Shown here in pieces: positions 1 to 9,697 of a stretch of 64,000 nucleotides of DNA. This DNA comes from Dehalococcoidia bacterium (GTDB lineage Bacteria > Chloroflexota > Dehalococcoidia > Lucifugimonadales > CAUZJF01), in NCBI GenBank assembly GCA_965248605.1, contig CBDFJV010000006.1, positions 9,513-73,512 on the forward strand, written 5' to 3'. A program made the position numbers and the translations under genes. The notes beneath the pieces were generated by a model, which saw only the letters and a list, made by a program, of their open reading frames with translations, searched no databases and had not been told where the DNA came from. Position 1 is the stretch's first letter, and each line of letters begins with the position of its first letter.

Positions 1-210
1 AAGAGAGTCTACCGCTGGGGTGTCTCGTAAACCTTCATCCGATGGTAAGGCTCGTTGATGTTCCAGTAAACACCTTTGTGGGCTCACCGCTTGGAACACC
101 TGACCCGGTGACCGATAGCCCAGGGCTTGATGGGGCCGCTCTTGGTTGTAGAAGGCCAGATAAGCCCCAATCCCCTTTCTGGCCTCAGTCCCATTTTGGT
201 ATGCCTTCAG
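1..210 (-). pseudogene. IS3-family transposase (OrfB, integrase-core type) C-terminal remnant
   Basis: Minus-strand translation reads LKAYQNGTEARKGIGAYLAFYNQERPHQALGYRSPGQVF, the conserved tail of IS3-type transposases. The frame collapses into stops upstream of about nt 212 and no catalytic core is present. It runs off the window edge. Confidence 0.6.
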
Positions 211-1052
211 GTTACCCCTAGTCTTACCGAAGACAGAACCTTTGAGTGGGTCGTGGCGCTATGAACCTGGGAGGTCGCTCGTTAGCCGAACTGTATTTCC
301 TACAGAAGGGGCGAGCTACAGGCTACCATAGCGCCTTCGAGCCTGGAACCACTCTGGATTTGCTAGGTAACCTTCCGCTCTCTAGGGGTGGCCCCATCGA
401 ACCCCAGGCCGACAAGAGCTAGTATTTGACAATGGAGCTCTTCGACACTGACTCCCTATGAGGATCATCCGGGAAGGAGAATCCCCCCATTTATGCCTCT
501 GGTGGTCTATCAGCGATCCCATCAATATACGAACATTATCCTGCAAAGTTACAGTAGTGACAATAGGAAACTAGCTGCAATGCCATGTAGGTGTCGATCT
601 TGGATGAGTATCCAGGTCTCCTCCCCGAAGTCCTCGTACAGTTGCATCTGGACGCAGCGGAAACGCCAGCCGGAGCTCTATGGCGATTCGGGTCTCTCGT
701 GTATGCCCTCTGGCAGCGGGTACAGATGTCGAACCGGCTCCAGTCGTCGTGGCGCCTACTCGCTTTCTTCTTTTTCGCCAACCTGCCGACTACGGGCGCG
801 GTAGTAGTCACTGGCGACCTTTTGGCGGATGGCTTCCGGGTCACCGTCAAGAATGAATCGGGCCATTTCCCTCCAGTCGAAGGACGCGGACTCATTGGCC
901 ATTAGGCGAAAGACCGGCTCCAATTGCTGGCTGTGAAGGGCGGAGAGATAATGTACCACCTGGGCGGTCGAGCGCTGAGATGTGGCGCTTGAAAACTGTA
1001 CCGCCTGTCGCCTTCAATCAGGAACGACCGAACCTGATTGAAGGTGGATTGG

Positions 1053-2552
1053 ATGTACAAGGTGGAGATGTACCTGCGAGTTCGCAGGGCTTGTTTCGTC
1101 GAAGGGATGAGCGTCCGAGAGGCGGCCCGAGTGTTCGGGCTACACCGGGACACGGTGCGCAAGATGCTCGAGTACTCCGTGCCCCCAGGGTATCGACGGC
1201 AACGACCGGCTCGCAGACCGAAGCTCGATCCATATAAGGGTGTGATGGACCAGATCCTGGAGCAGGATCTGAGCTCACCGAAGAAGCAGCGTCACACCGC
1301 CAAGCGTATCTACGAACGGCTCAGAGACGAACACGGCTTCCCCGGCAAGTACACGATAGTCAAAGACTACGTTCGAGAACGCCGTCGTCATACCCGCGAG
1401 ATGTTCGTACCACTGTCCCATTCCCCGGGACATGCCCAGTGCGACTACGGCGAAGCTCGAGTGATCATCGGCGGAGTGGAACGCAAAGCCCACTACTTCG
1501 CCCTGGACCTCCCTCACAGCGACGGGTGCTATGTGAAGGCGTATCCCGCCGAGACGACGGAGTCATTCTGCGACGGACACGTCTCCGCCTTCGCGTTCCT
1601 GGGCGGAGTGCCTCAGAGCATCCTCTACGACAACACCACGCTCGCGGTAGCCAGAATCCTGGGAGATGGTCGCCGGCAGCGGACCAGGGTGTTCTCCGAG
1701 CTTCAGTCCCACTACCTGTTCGAGGACCGGTTCGGCCGTCCAGGCAAAGGGAACGATAAGGGCAAAGTAGAAGGTCTGGTCGGCTATGTCCGCCGGAACT
1801 TCCTGGTGCCCATTCCATCGTTCGAGAGCTTCGATGCCCTCAATGCTCATCTGGAGCAACACTGCCTCAGACGGTTCGAAGATCGACTCCGCGGCCACAA
1901 CGAGACGATAGGAGAACGGCTGGAGCGGGACCTGGAGAAGTTGCTGCCTCTGCCGGCCGTACCGTACGACGCCAGCGACAAGCACGCGACGAGGGTCAGT
2001 TCTCTGTCCCTGGTCAGATACCGGACCAATGACTATTCGGTCCCGGTGGCCTACGGTCATCGGGACGTTGTGGTCCGCGGATATGTACATGAGGTTGTGA
2101 TCAGCTGTGGCGCTGAAGTCATCGCCCGCCATCGGCGGTCCTACGATCGAGACGACTTCGTCTTCGACCCTCTCCATTACCTGCCGCTCCTTGAGAAGAA
2201 GACGAGGGCATTGGATCAGGCGGCGCCGCTGGTTGGATGGGAGTTGCCCGAGGAGTTCGGAGTGTTGCGGCGGCTGCTGGAGTCTCGGATGGGCAAGCGA
2301 GGAAAGAGGGAGTTCGTGCAGGTGCTCAGACTGATGGAGAACTTCCAGCCGGAAGAAATCCACGACGCCGTACGAGACGCCATTCGACTCGGGGCTGTGA
2401 GCTTCGATGCTGTCAAGCACCTGGTGCTGTGCAGGATCGAGGGTCGACCGCCTAGACTCGACATGGAGTTGTACCCGTATCTGCCCAGGACCAACGTTGC
2501 AACAACCTCGACCAGGGACTACATGGCTCTCCTGGCGGGGAGCCGGTCATGA
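1053..2552 (+). CDS. istA: IS21-family transposase IstA
   Basis: There is an N-terminal HTH (GMSVREAARVFGLHRDTVRKMLE) followed by a DDE integrase core, and the length is typical. The ATG at 1053 is preceded by AAGGTGGA; the longest ORF starts at 1038 (TTG). The stop overlaps the istB start. Confidence 0.9.
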   Translation: MYKVEMYLRVRRACFVEGMSVREAARVFGLHRDTVRKMLEYSVPPGYRRQRPARRPKLDPYKGVMDQILEQDLSSPKKQRHTAKRIYERLRDEHGFPGKYTIVKDYVRERRRHTREMFVPLSHSPGHAQCDYGEARVIIGGVERKAHYFALDLPHSDGCYVKAYPAETTESFCDGHVSAFAFLGGVPQSILYDNTTLAVARILGDGRRQRTRVFSELQSHYLFEDRFGRPGKGNDKGKVEGLVGYVRRNFLVPIPSFESFDALNAHLEQHCLRRFEDRLRGHNETIGERLERDLEKLLPLPAVPYDASDKHATRVSSLSLVRYRTNDYSVPVAYGHRDVVVRGYVHEVVISCGAEVIARHRRSYDRDDFVFDPLHYLPLLEKKTRALDQAAPLVGWELPEEFGVLRRLLESRMGKRGKREFVQVLRLMENFQPEEIHDAVRDAIRLGAVSFDAVKHLVLCRIEGRPPRLDMELYPYLPRTNVATTSTRDYMALLAGSRS

Positions 2553-3316
2553 CCAACAAGTCCACGATGTTGCTCGAACACAACCTCAAGCAACTCAAGC
2601 TCCCCACGTTCCTGAGGGAGTACGACAAGCTGGCATCCCAGTGTGCCAGTGAGGGAGCTGACCATCCGGACTACCTGCTGCGACTATCGGAGTTGGAGCT
2701 GATCGACCGTCACCATCGCATGGTGGAACGTCGGATCAAAGCAGCCCGCTTCCCGACGACCAAGAGCCTCGACACCTTCGACTTCCTGTCTATGCCGTCC
2801 CTGAACAAGGCTCTGGTTCTGGAGCTGGCACGATGCGAGTACATCGAGCGCCCCCACAACGTCATCGCTCTCGGCAACAGTGGCACCGGCAAGACCCATA
2901 TCGCCCTCGGTCTCGGTCTGGCTGCGTGTCAGAGGGGACTGTCCGTGGGCTTCACCACCGCCGCTGCTCTGGTTCACGAGCTGATCGAGGCCAGGGACGA
3001 ACGGCGTCTACTCAACCTGCAGAGAAGGCTCGCACGACTCAAGCTTCTGATCATCGACGAACTGGGCTTCGTGCCCTTGTCCAAGACTGGCGCCGAGCTC
3101 CTCTTCGAGGTGTTCAGCCAGCGTTACGAGCGTGGATCGGTCCTGGTGACCTCCAACCTGCCCTTCGTCGAGTGGACCGAGGTGTTCGGCTCTGAACGGC
3201 TGACCGGAGCTCTCCTCGACCGCCTCACCCACCATGTCGACATCCTGGAGATGAACGGGGACAGCTACCGACTCAAGCACAGCAAGAAGACTTCTGGCCG
3301 CCAGCTATCTGACTGA
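2549..3316 (+). CDS. istB: IS21-family helper ATPase IstB
   Basis: Walker A GNSGTGKTH and Walker B LLIIDELG are present, giving a DnaC/IstB-like layout. The ATGA overlap with istA indicates translational coupling. Confidence 0.9.
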   Translation: MTNKSTMLLEHNLKQLKLPTFLREYDKLASQCASEGADHPDYLLRLSELELIDRHHRMVERRIKAARFPTTKSLDTFDFLSMPSLNKALVLELARCEYIERPHNVIALGNSGTGKTHIALGLGLAACQRGLSVGFTTAAALVHELIEARDERRLLNLQRRLARLKLLIIDELGFVPLSKTGAELLFEVFSQRYERGSVLVTSNLPFVEWTEVFGSERLTGALLDRLTHHVDILEMNGDSYRLKHSKKTSGRQLSD

Positions 3317-3536
3317 GCCTGATCTCCAACGCCCCACGAACCTTGATGCCCATTCTACGGCGTTCAGTGGTACAGTTTTGCTCCGCCCCGCTGGTACGTT
3401 TTCACACCGCCCTTGACAGCATCCTCTAGACCTGAATCCGGGGGACAAGGCACGGGCCCAAACTCTGTGATCTCGGACTCGACTCCTCCTGTGCATTGAG
3501 TTGGTCGGACATCGTAGGTCGACGGAAGCACTGCCC

Positions 3537-3566
3537 TTGACAGGGAACTGGGGCGACACGCTATAT
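3537..3566 (+). promoter_or_regulatory. Candidate sigma70-type promoter
   Basis: TTGACA at 3537..3542 is followed by an 18-nt spacer and CTATAT at 3561..3566, just upstream of the sugar-isomerase-like ORF. Confidence 0.3.
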
Positions 3567-3571
3567 CGTTC

Positions 3572-4431
3572 TTGCAGAGACGTTCGGATATGGCCGGGAG
3601 GAGCACTATGATCAAGCTAGGATGGTCGACTCGGGCCCCGGAGCCGTCGGGATATGCGAGCCAGGTCGAGTTCGCCAAGGAGCTGGGGCTCGACATCATA
3701 GACTTCCACCTTCAGGGGATACCAAATGACCCGGTCTTCCTAGGTCAGCTAAAGAAGCAGTGTCTCGATGCCGGACTGCCCATCGGCTATCTTGGGTCAG
3801 GGACCTTGGCGGGGCCGGTAGAGGCTAAGGACGAGAGGCTCGCCAAGGCGAAGGTTGACGTCGACATCGCTGCGTTCCTTGGGGCCCAGTCGCTCCGCAT
3901 ATTCGCGAGAGGCAAGTGGCCGGAAGAGCGACAAGAGCAAGAGGCGATGTGGGGACCGATGATCGAGTCTTTCCAGGAGCTTTGCGACTACGCGGCGAAA
4001 AAGGGGTCATAATCGGGCTTCAGAACCACAACCACGGCGGCTTTGCCATGAACGCCGACCAGGTACTTCGTATCCTGTCGGACACAGACCGCGAAAACCT
4101 CACGTTCATCATGGACACGGGTCAGTGGCAGGGCTCGCCAGGCGGGTCTCCTCGAGGCTGGATGGACGTCGAGGTCGACATCTACCGCGACCACATGGAA
4201 CGGACGGCCTCATACGCCTCATGCGTAAGGGCGAAGATATACAAGATCGATCGCGGCCGAGAGGAGTGGCTCGACTACCCACGGATTATGCGAATGCTTC
4301 GGGAAGTAGGGTTCAATGGCAACGTCTCAATCTGTCTAGAAGCCGGCGACCGGAACGAGTGCAGCCAAGAGGAGTGCATCAGGCTGGCATCTCGCCACCT
4401 CCGGGAGGTGATCGCAGAGGTGTACAGCTAG
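3572..4431 (+). pseudogene. Sugar phosphate isomerase/epimerase (xylose isomerase-like TIM barrel), frameshifted
   Basis: ORFs 3572..4012 and 3916..4431 are the N- and C-terminal halves of one TIM-barrel protein (..DYAAKKG / VIIGLQNHNHGG..DTGQW..). They join if one base is added in the AAAAAGGGG run at 3998..4006. Confidence 0.7.
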
Positions 4432-4437
4432 TCCACT

Positions 4438-4541
4438 GTCATTCCGAACGCAGTGAGGAATCAAAGAGACGTGTAACTGACACAGCTTCGCCTATAGCTA
4501 CGACCTTGGATTCTTCTTTCGCTTCACTCAATCAGAATGAC
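4438..4541. repeat. Solo pair of inverted GTCATTCCGA..GAGGAATC-type hairpin repeats with no ORF between them
   Basis: GTCATTCCGAACGCAGTGAGGAATC lies at 4438..4462, and a degenerate inverted copy (GATTCTTC..CAGAATGAC) lies at 4509..4541. It is the same hairpin type that brackets the GIY-YIG genes at 13.4 kb and 29.5 kb. Confidence 0.6.
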
Positions 4542-4607
4542 ACACAAGCTTGCGCTCGGTGTCGCCGGCGTAGAACCTGGCACCATGGATCGCTGGTGCC
4601 AGAACAG

Positions 4608-5081
4608 CTAGTCCTCGACGATCCAGTCGTCGATGTCCCTCTCGTAGTCGATGATCTCGTCTGGCGTGAAGAACAGGTCGATCTCGGACTTCGCCGACTC
4701 TGCTGAGTCGGAGCCGTGGACCAGGTTGAACCCGATGGAGATCGCCAGGTCGCCCCTGATGGTCCCGGGAGTCGCGTCCACAGGGTTGGTCGCGCCCATG
4801 GTATTGCGCACGGCCTCGACCGCGTCAGTGCCCTGCACAACCATTGCGACGACGGGGCCGCTCGTAATGAAGTCGATCAAGCTCACAAAGAAGAGCTTTC
4901 CTTCGTGGGCCGCGTAATGTCTACGCGCCAGCGCGTCGTCGATGCGGATTAGCTTCGTCCCCACCAACTTCAGGCCGCGGCCCTCGATACGGGATATGAG
5001 CTCTCCGATCAGCCCACGTTGGACGGCATCCGGCTTGAGTAGAACCAGGGTCCTTTCCACTTTCTTATCGTCCTCCTTCAC
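4608..5081 (-). CDS. ndk: Nucleoside diphosphate kinase
   Basis: [33 protein letters not shown] matches Ndk along its full length. There is a 4-nt overlap with tsaB. Confidence 0.95.
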   Translation of the reverse strand: MKEDDKKVERTLVLLKPDAVQRGLIGELISRIEGRGLKLVGTKLIRIDDALARRHYAAHEGKLFFVSLIDFITSGPVVAMVVQGTDAVEAVRNTMGATNPVDATPGTIRGDLAISIGFNLVHGSDSAESAKSEIDLFFTPDEIIDYERDIDDWIVED

Positions 5082-5809
5082 TTTTGCGTCTTTTGCCGTG
5101 CGGCATCGAACTGGGAACCGCGCATGTAGCTCGGCTGCAACGTCGCGGGGTCGTCGGTGTCAGACGCGAGTAGACGCGCGAAACCCAGCCTCGCTAGCAC
5201 GCCTGGTCTTCGCGTAGGCGGCGCCACATCGGGGGTTACCACTAGCTCACCCAATCTCTCTCGTAGAAGGTCAGCCACCGATCCAACGGCCTCCCCACAG
5301 AATACCGTCCGCGTCGAGATCGACCCAATCGCTTCGTCGTGGGTCTCGACTTCGACGGCTGCTTCAGCCGGCGTCCCATCTGGGCCATATCGTGCGACGT
5401 ACAGCTTGTCCTTGCCTGCCTCGATCGCGGCAACTACCGGAAGCCCTAGGCCGACGTAAGGTCGTGCCTCGACCTCCAACGTCCCTATCGCCACCAGAGG
5501 AATCCGCCTCGCCTCAGCAAAAGTCTTTACGATGCTAACCCCAACTCGAAGGGCGCTGAATCCACCTGGCCCTTTGGCCACGAATACCGCATCGATCTCG
5601 GACGGCTCGACGCTCTGCCGTTCCATCAATGCCAACAAGGCCGGCATGACCTCGATGGAGTGGTTCTGCTCGGACCGCCACGAGGTCTCCGCCACTATCT
5701 CGCCGTTGCGAGACAGAGCCACGGAGGCGTAGCGGGTGGAGGTGTCTATCGAGAGCTCCACCGGTCGGCCGCCCTCAGTAATGTGCGCTGAATCCCGGCC
5801 CATCCCCAA
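5078..5809 (-). CDS. tsaB: tRNA t6A37 biosynthesis protein TsaB
   Basis: [14 protein letters not shown]...[13 protein letters not shown] is the TsaB/YeaZ signature. The true start may be the GTG at 5761 (VELSIDTS). Confidence 0.85.
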   Translation of the reverse strand: MGMGRDSAHITEGGRPVELSIDTSTRYASVALSRNGEIVAETSWRSEQNHSIEVMPALLALMERQSVEPSEIDAVFVAKGPGGFSALRVGVSIVKTFAEARRIPLVAIGTLEVEARPYVGLGLPVVAAIEAGKDKLYVARYGPDGTPAEAAVEVETHDEAIGSISTRTVFCGEAVGSVADLLRERLGELVVTPDVAPPTRRPGVLARLGFARLLASDTDDPATLQPSYMRGSQFDAARQKTQK

Positions 5810-5815
5810 GAAGAT

Positions 5816-6340
5816 CTATTCCTTCCTCGCCGTTCGGAGCGCGCTGACGGCCTCGATTAATTCAGAGTAGTTTCTATTCGGGGCTACGAACCGGATACGT
5901 CGTTCTTCCTCGGCGACGGTCGAGATCCATATCTGAAGAGACTCCGTTGAAAGCAGGTCAGGCACCCTGTCGGCCCACTCGACGATGCAAAGGCCATCAC
6001 CGCCCAGGTATTCGTCCAGACCGATCTCGATACCCTCCAGCGGATCGTCCAACCGGTAAAGATCGATGTGGTAGACGCGCAGTCGGAGGTCGTGCTCAGC
6101 CACCATCACGAACGTTGGGCTTCGGGCGAACTCCTCGCCGCCGAGGCCCCACAAAACACCCTGGGTCAGGCAGGTCTTGCCTGCTCCGAGGTCGCCGAGG
6201 AGGAGGAAGACGTGGCCCGGCTGAGCGTATTGGCCCAGCACTCTGCCGATCTCTCTCGTTTCGTCCGGGCTTCGGCTAGTGACCTCCAGCAAGGAATCTT
6301 TCAAATGGCTGCTCTGAACTACCGGCAGGAGAACCGACAT
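5816..6340 (-). CDS. tsaE: tRNA t6A37 biosynthesis ATPase TsaE
   Basis: It has the P-loop GDLGAGKT and the SPTF and HIDLYRL motifs typical of TsaE/YjeE. Confidence 0.85.
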   Translation of the reverse strand: MSVLLPVVQSSHLKDSLLEVTSRSPDETREIGRVLGQYAQPGHVFLLLGDLGAGKTCLTQGVLWGLGGEEFARSPTFVMVAEHDLRLRVYHIDLYRLDDPLEGIEIGLDEYLGGDGLCIVEWADRVPDLLSTESLQIWISTVAEEERRIRFVAPNRNYSELIEAVSALRTARKE

Positions 6341-6405
6341 CGCATGGACAGTCTAGAAGGCTCATGTATTATAATCGTGACCATTGTCGTACTCAAGGAG
6401 CTGAG

Positions 6406-7137
6406 TTGCGTTCCATAATCGTATCTGACATACACAGCAACCTCGAGGCCCTGCAGAGCGTCCTGAAGGACGCAGAACAGCGAGGCGGATTCGACGAAAT
6501 CTGGTCGTTAGGAGACCTAGTTGGCTACGGGCCGGACCCTGTAGAGTGTATCAATCTGATACGCCAATATGAGACACGAAGCGTTGCAGGAAACCACGAC
6601 CTTGCGGCTATAGGCAGGCTCAGTGTCGAGGCGTTCAACGTCTACGCAGCGGCAGCGGCGACGTGGACCACGACCCAGCTCTCAAGCGAGCACACAGACT
6701 ACCTGGGAGGGCTTCCGTTGAAGATAGAGACGGAAGGCTTTACGGCGGTCCACGGTAGCCCGCGTGACCCCGTCTGGGAGTATGTGGTCTCGCCGGCCTC
6801 GGCGACCGGCAGCTTCCACCATTTCGATACGCCCCGATGTCTTGTCGGACACTCCCACATTCCCTTTATCTGCCGGCCCAAGGACAGCTCCGCCGTGTTC
6901 CTCGAGTTTCCGAATAACAAGCCCGTGTCACTAGGCTCGGACCGCCTGATCGTCAATCCCGGAGGGGTCGGCCAGCCGAGAGACGGCGATCCGAGAAGCA
7001 GCTACGCCATATACCAGTCTAACGACGGCGTCGTAACTCATCACAGGGTCGAGTACGACATCACGACCACTCAGGAGAAGATGCAGGCTCGGGGCCTCCC
7101 CAAGTACCTCACGGACCGACTGGCAACCGGCCGCTAA
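6406..7137 (+). CDS. Metallophosphoesterase family protein
   Basis: The SDIHSN, GDLVGYGP, GNHD and GHSH motifs are present. A TTG start at 6406 follows AAGGAG; the longest ORF starts at 6364. Confidence 0.8.
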   Translation: MRSIIVSDIHSNLEALQSVLKDAEQRGGFDEIWSLGDLVGYGPDPVECINLIRQYETRSVAGNHDLAAIGRLSVEAFNVYAAAAATWTTTQLSSEHTDYLGGLPLKIETEGFTAVHGSPRDPVWEYVVSPASATGSFHHFDTPRCLVGHSHIPFICRPKDSSAVFLEFPNNKPVSLGSDRLIVNPGGVGQPRDGDPRSSYAIYQSNDGVVTHHRVEYDITTTQEKMQARGLPKYLTDRLATGR

Positions 7138-7222
7138 ACATCGGCACCCACTCAGTCGCTCCGCATTCCTCGTTCTGCTGGCCGCTCGGCACACCTCCAG
7201 TCTCTCGGAAACCCATGCCATC

Positions 7223-7918
7223 GTGAAGGCCGCGCAGTACCGAGGACGATCTCTCGACTACATAATGTTGGAGCCAGACGACTATCGGCCGGAGCACTCC
7301 TATCCGCTGGTGGTCCTGCTTCATGGTTTCGGGTCTCATATGGGCGATCTGGCCGGCTTGTGTCCGGTGATCGATTCCAGTGATTATCGTTATGTTTTGC
7401 CGAACGCGCCGATTCCGATGCAGGTCAGCTACGGCAACACAGGTTTCGCCTGGTTCAACTTGGACGAGGATGGAGACAACGCAGCAAGCGCCGAGGAAGC
7501 GAAGGCCGCCGAACAGCAGATCGCGGACCTGGTCGACGAAGTGACGGACCAACACGAAGTCGAGCCACGGCGCACCGTACTGGGAGGCTTTTCCCAGGGC
7601 GGTATGCTGACGCTGCAGTCAGGCCTGACGAGACCAGAGGTCTTCCGTGGGCTGGCCGTACTCAGCGGCAGATTCCCGGAACCCGATGAACTGATACCTC
7701 GCCTACCGGAGCGACGCGACCAGTCGATCTTCGTCGCTCACGGTACAGCCGACCACATGATTGCGGTAGAAGAAGGCCGCGAGGCGGTCGACCTCCTTAA
7801 GCAGGAGGGGTACAGGCCCGAGTACCATGAGTATGAGATGGGCCACCAGATAACGGCAGAAGTCGTCGCTGACCTCTCGACTTGGCTCAGCGTGGTTTTA
7901 CCTCCCACGCGGTCCTAG
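7223..7918 (+). CDS. Alpha/beta hydrolase, phospholipase/carboxylesterase family
   Basis: LLHGFG, the nucleophile elbow GFSQGG and a C-terminal HG..D/H give the Abhydrolase_2-like layout. Confidence 0.75.
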   Translation: MKAAQYRGRSLDYIMLEPDDYRPEHSYPLVVLLHGFGSHMGDLAGLCPVIDSSDYRYVLPNAPIPMQVSYGNTGFAWFNLDEDGDNAASAEEAKAAEQQIADLVDEVTDQHEVEPRRTVLGGFSQGGMLTLQSGLTRPEVFRGLAVLSGRFPEPDELIPRLPERRDQSIFVAHGTADHMIAVEEGREAVDLLKQEGYRPEYHEYEMGHQITAEVVADLSTWLSVVLPPTRS

Positions 7919-8078
7919 GATCGACGATACGCGTGCGATTCGTCGACCAGGCTCTTCAGTCGTCGAGCCGCCTCGTCATCCGGGGCGTGCTAACCGCGAC
8001 GGCACGAACACGTTGCATCTGTTATAGGCTGGCAGGCGTATAACAGTCAGCGCTACGCGACGTCCGTTGGGGATATCC

Positions 8079-8107
8079 TTGACACCCTTTCCGGAGCTAC
8101 GCATAAT
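8079..8107 (+). promoter_or_regulatory. Candidate sigma70-type promoter for the TPR gene
   Basis: TTGACA at 8079..8084, a 17-nt spacer, then CATAAT at 8102..8107. Confidence 0.35.
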
Positions 8108-8173
8108 CGTTCTAATGGTTTTCGTCCCCTTCGGCGTTATCGGTGGCGCTGCCGCTCGGCAGGTCCTCCTAGT

Positions 8174-9676
8174 ATGAGAATCGTCCGTAGCTTTACCCCT
8201 GTTGTGTTGCTGCTAGCGGCTTTGGCCTGTTCTTCCTCCTCGGCCGCGCTGGACACCGAGTACGAAGCCGCCCTTGCACTCAAGGACCAGGAGCGATGGG
8301 CGGAGGCCCTGATCTCCTTGGACGCAGTGCTGGACCGCGACCCGGAGAACGCCGACGTCTGGCTCAACCGGGGCGTAGTACACGAGGCGTTAGACCAGAC
8401 CCAGCTCGCCATCGACGACTTCTCAGAAGCCATCCGGCTCGCCCCTGAGCTGATGGACGCTTACGTTAAACGAGGCGAGATCTACGTCGAGAGAGAGCAG
8501 TTCGAGGAAGCCGCGGCAGATTTCACCGCGGTCCTCGACCGCGTACCCTCTGACATCGATTCCTTCTTCGGCCGTAGCGCAGCATATCGTAGGCTCGAAC
8601 GCCACGACGACGCCATATCTGACCTCGGGAAGATATTGGAGCTCGATTCTGAGTCCGATACTGCCTACGCCGAAAGAGCGGCCGCCCATGGCGAGGCCGA
8701 ACAGTGGAAAGAGGCGATCGCGGACCTCGACGAGGCTTTGAGACTGACCGAGGACAACGTCGAGTACCTGAACGCTCGGGCGACAGCACACGGCCAGATC
8801 GAACAGTACCAGGAAGCGGTCGACGACTTCACCGTGGTGATCCGCGAAAACCGAGACGATCCTGCCGCCTATTTCAGACGCGCCAATGCTTACAGCGACC
8901 TGGGCGACGAAGAGCAGGCCATTCGGGATTACGACGAAGCGATCCGTCTAGACTCCGAATTCACGGACGCCTATCTGCTCCGGGGAGCGAGCTACAGCGT
9001 TTTGGGTCGGCCAGAGAAAGCAATCGAGAACTACGACGTCGCGCTTCGGCTCGACCCGGACCTGATAGACGCATACCTGTTCCGTGGAACGTCATACAGC
9101 GAGCTCGGGGGACACGTGCAGGCAGTCCAGGACTACAACGAGGTCCTTCGACTCGACCCGGAGAATGCCGCGGCCTATACGAACCGCGGTAACTCCTTTG
9201 CATCCGTCGGCCAGTTTGAGCCTGCTCTCGAAGACTTCGAGGAGAGCGCCAAACTCGATCCCACTATCCCCCAGACGTTCAACACAAAAGGGGCTATCTA
9301 CTACGAGTTGGGCGAATACCGGCTGGCGGCCGATGACTTCACCGAAGCCATAAGGTTGGCGCCGCGATACCTGAGCGCCTACTTGAACAGAGCGTCGACC
9401 TGGCTATACCTTGGGTACTTCGACAGAGCGGTGGGCGACCTGGATTTTGCGCTGGACATGGAGCCTGAGATCCCGATGGCGTACATAAACAGGGCGGTGG
9501 CGTACACCATGCTGGGCCAGGACGAGAAGGCCGCCTTGGACGTAGAGCAGGCGGCCGGTTTCGGCATCAGCCTGGTCGCGGCGTCCCAGTTTCTCGACTC
9601 GATAAGACAGCAACGGGACGAACGTCCGGCGCCTCAGCCCTCTCGCGATCCGACCGGCGGCGGGGTACGCCCCTAG
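8174..9676 (+). CDS. TPR-repeat lipoprotein
   Basis: The signal peptide carries a lipobox (LLLAALAC). It is followed by many 34-residue repeats with the A..Y..RG......A..D...AL.LDP pattern. Confidence 0.85.
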   Translation: MRIVRSFTPVVLLLAALACSSSSAALDTEYEAALALKDQERWAEALISLDAVLDRDPENADVWLNRGVVHEALDQTQLAIDDFSEAIRLAPELMDAYVKRGEIYVEREQFEEAAADFTAVLDRVPSDIDSFFGRSAAYRRLERHDDAISDLGKILELDSESDTAYAERAAAHGEAEQWKEAIADLDEALRLTEDNVEYLNARATAHGQIEQYQEAVDDFTVVIRENRDDPAAYFRRANAYSDLGDEEQAIRDYDEAIRLDSEFTDAYLLRGASYSVLGRPEKAIENYDVALRLDPDLIDAYLFRGTSYSELGGHVQAVQDYNEVLRLDPENAAAYTNRGNSFASVGQFEPALEDFEESAKLDPTIPQTFNTKGAIYYELGEYRLAADDFTEAIRLAPRYLSAYLNRASTWLYLGYFDRAVGDLDFALDMEPEIPMAYINRAVAYTMLGQDEKAALDVEQAAGFGISLVAASQFLDSIRQQRDERPAPQPSRDPTGGGVRP

Positions 9677-9697
9677 CGAGCGACGCGGCTACCGCGC

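Larger units (their letters stand above)
931..3419 (+). mobile_element. IS21-family insertion sequence (istA-istB) with long imperfect terminal inverted repeats
   Basis: The left end CTGTGAAGGGCGGAGAGATAATGTACCACCTGGGCGG (from 931) matches the reverse complement of the right end CTGTCAAGGGCGGTGTGAAAACGTACCAGCGGGGCGG (ending 3419) at about 30 of 37 positions by eye. A second internal GAAAAC-TGTACC repeat occurs at each end, as is typical of IS21. No clear target-site duplication was seen. Confidence 0.85.

Noticed and set aside
756-959. 67-aa ORF next to the IS21 left end as an intact gene
   Set aside because: Its start codon and first ~10 codons lie inside the IS21 terminal repeat. At best it is the C-terminal fragment of a gene truncated by the insertion, and I could not recognise the family.
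1563-2420. 285-aa ORF antisense to istA, with similar long antisense or out-of-frame ORFs at 10582..11931, 14583..15329, 17431..18939, 20643..21554, 28144..28869, 40790..41533, 48791..49956, 54085..54991 and 55517..56290
   Set aside because: They lie inside or opposite genes with strong family signatures and have Arg/Pro/Gly/Ser-rich, low-complexity translations. Long stop-free shadow frames are typical in GC-rich DNA.
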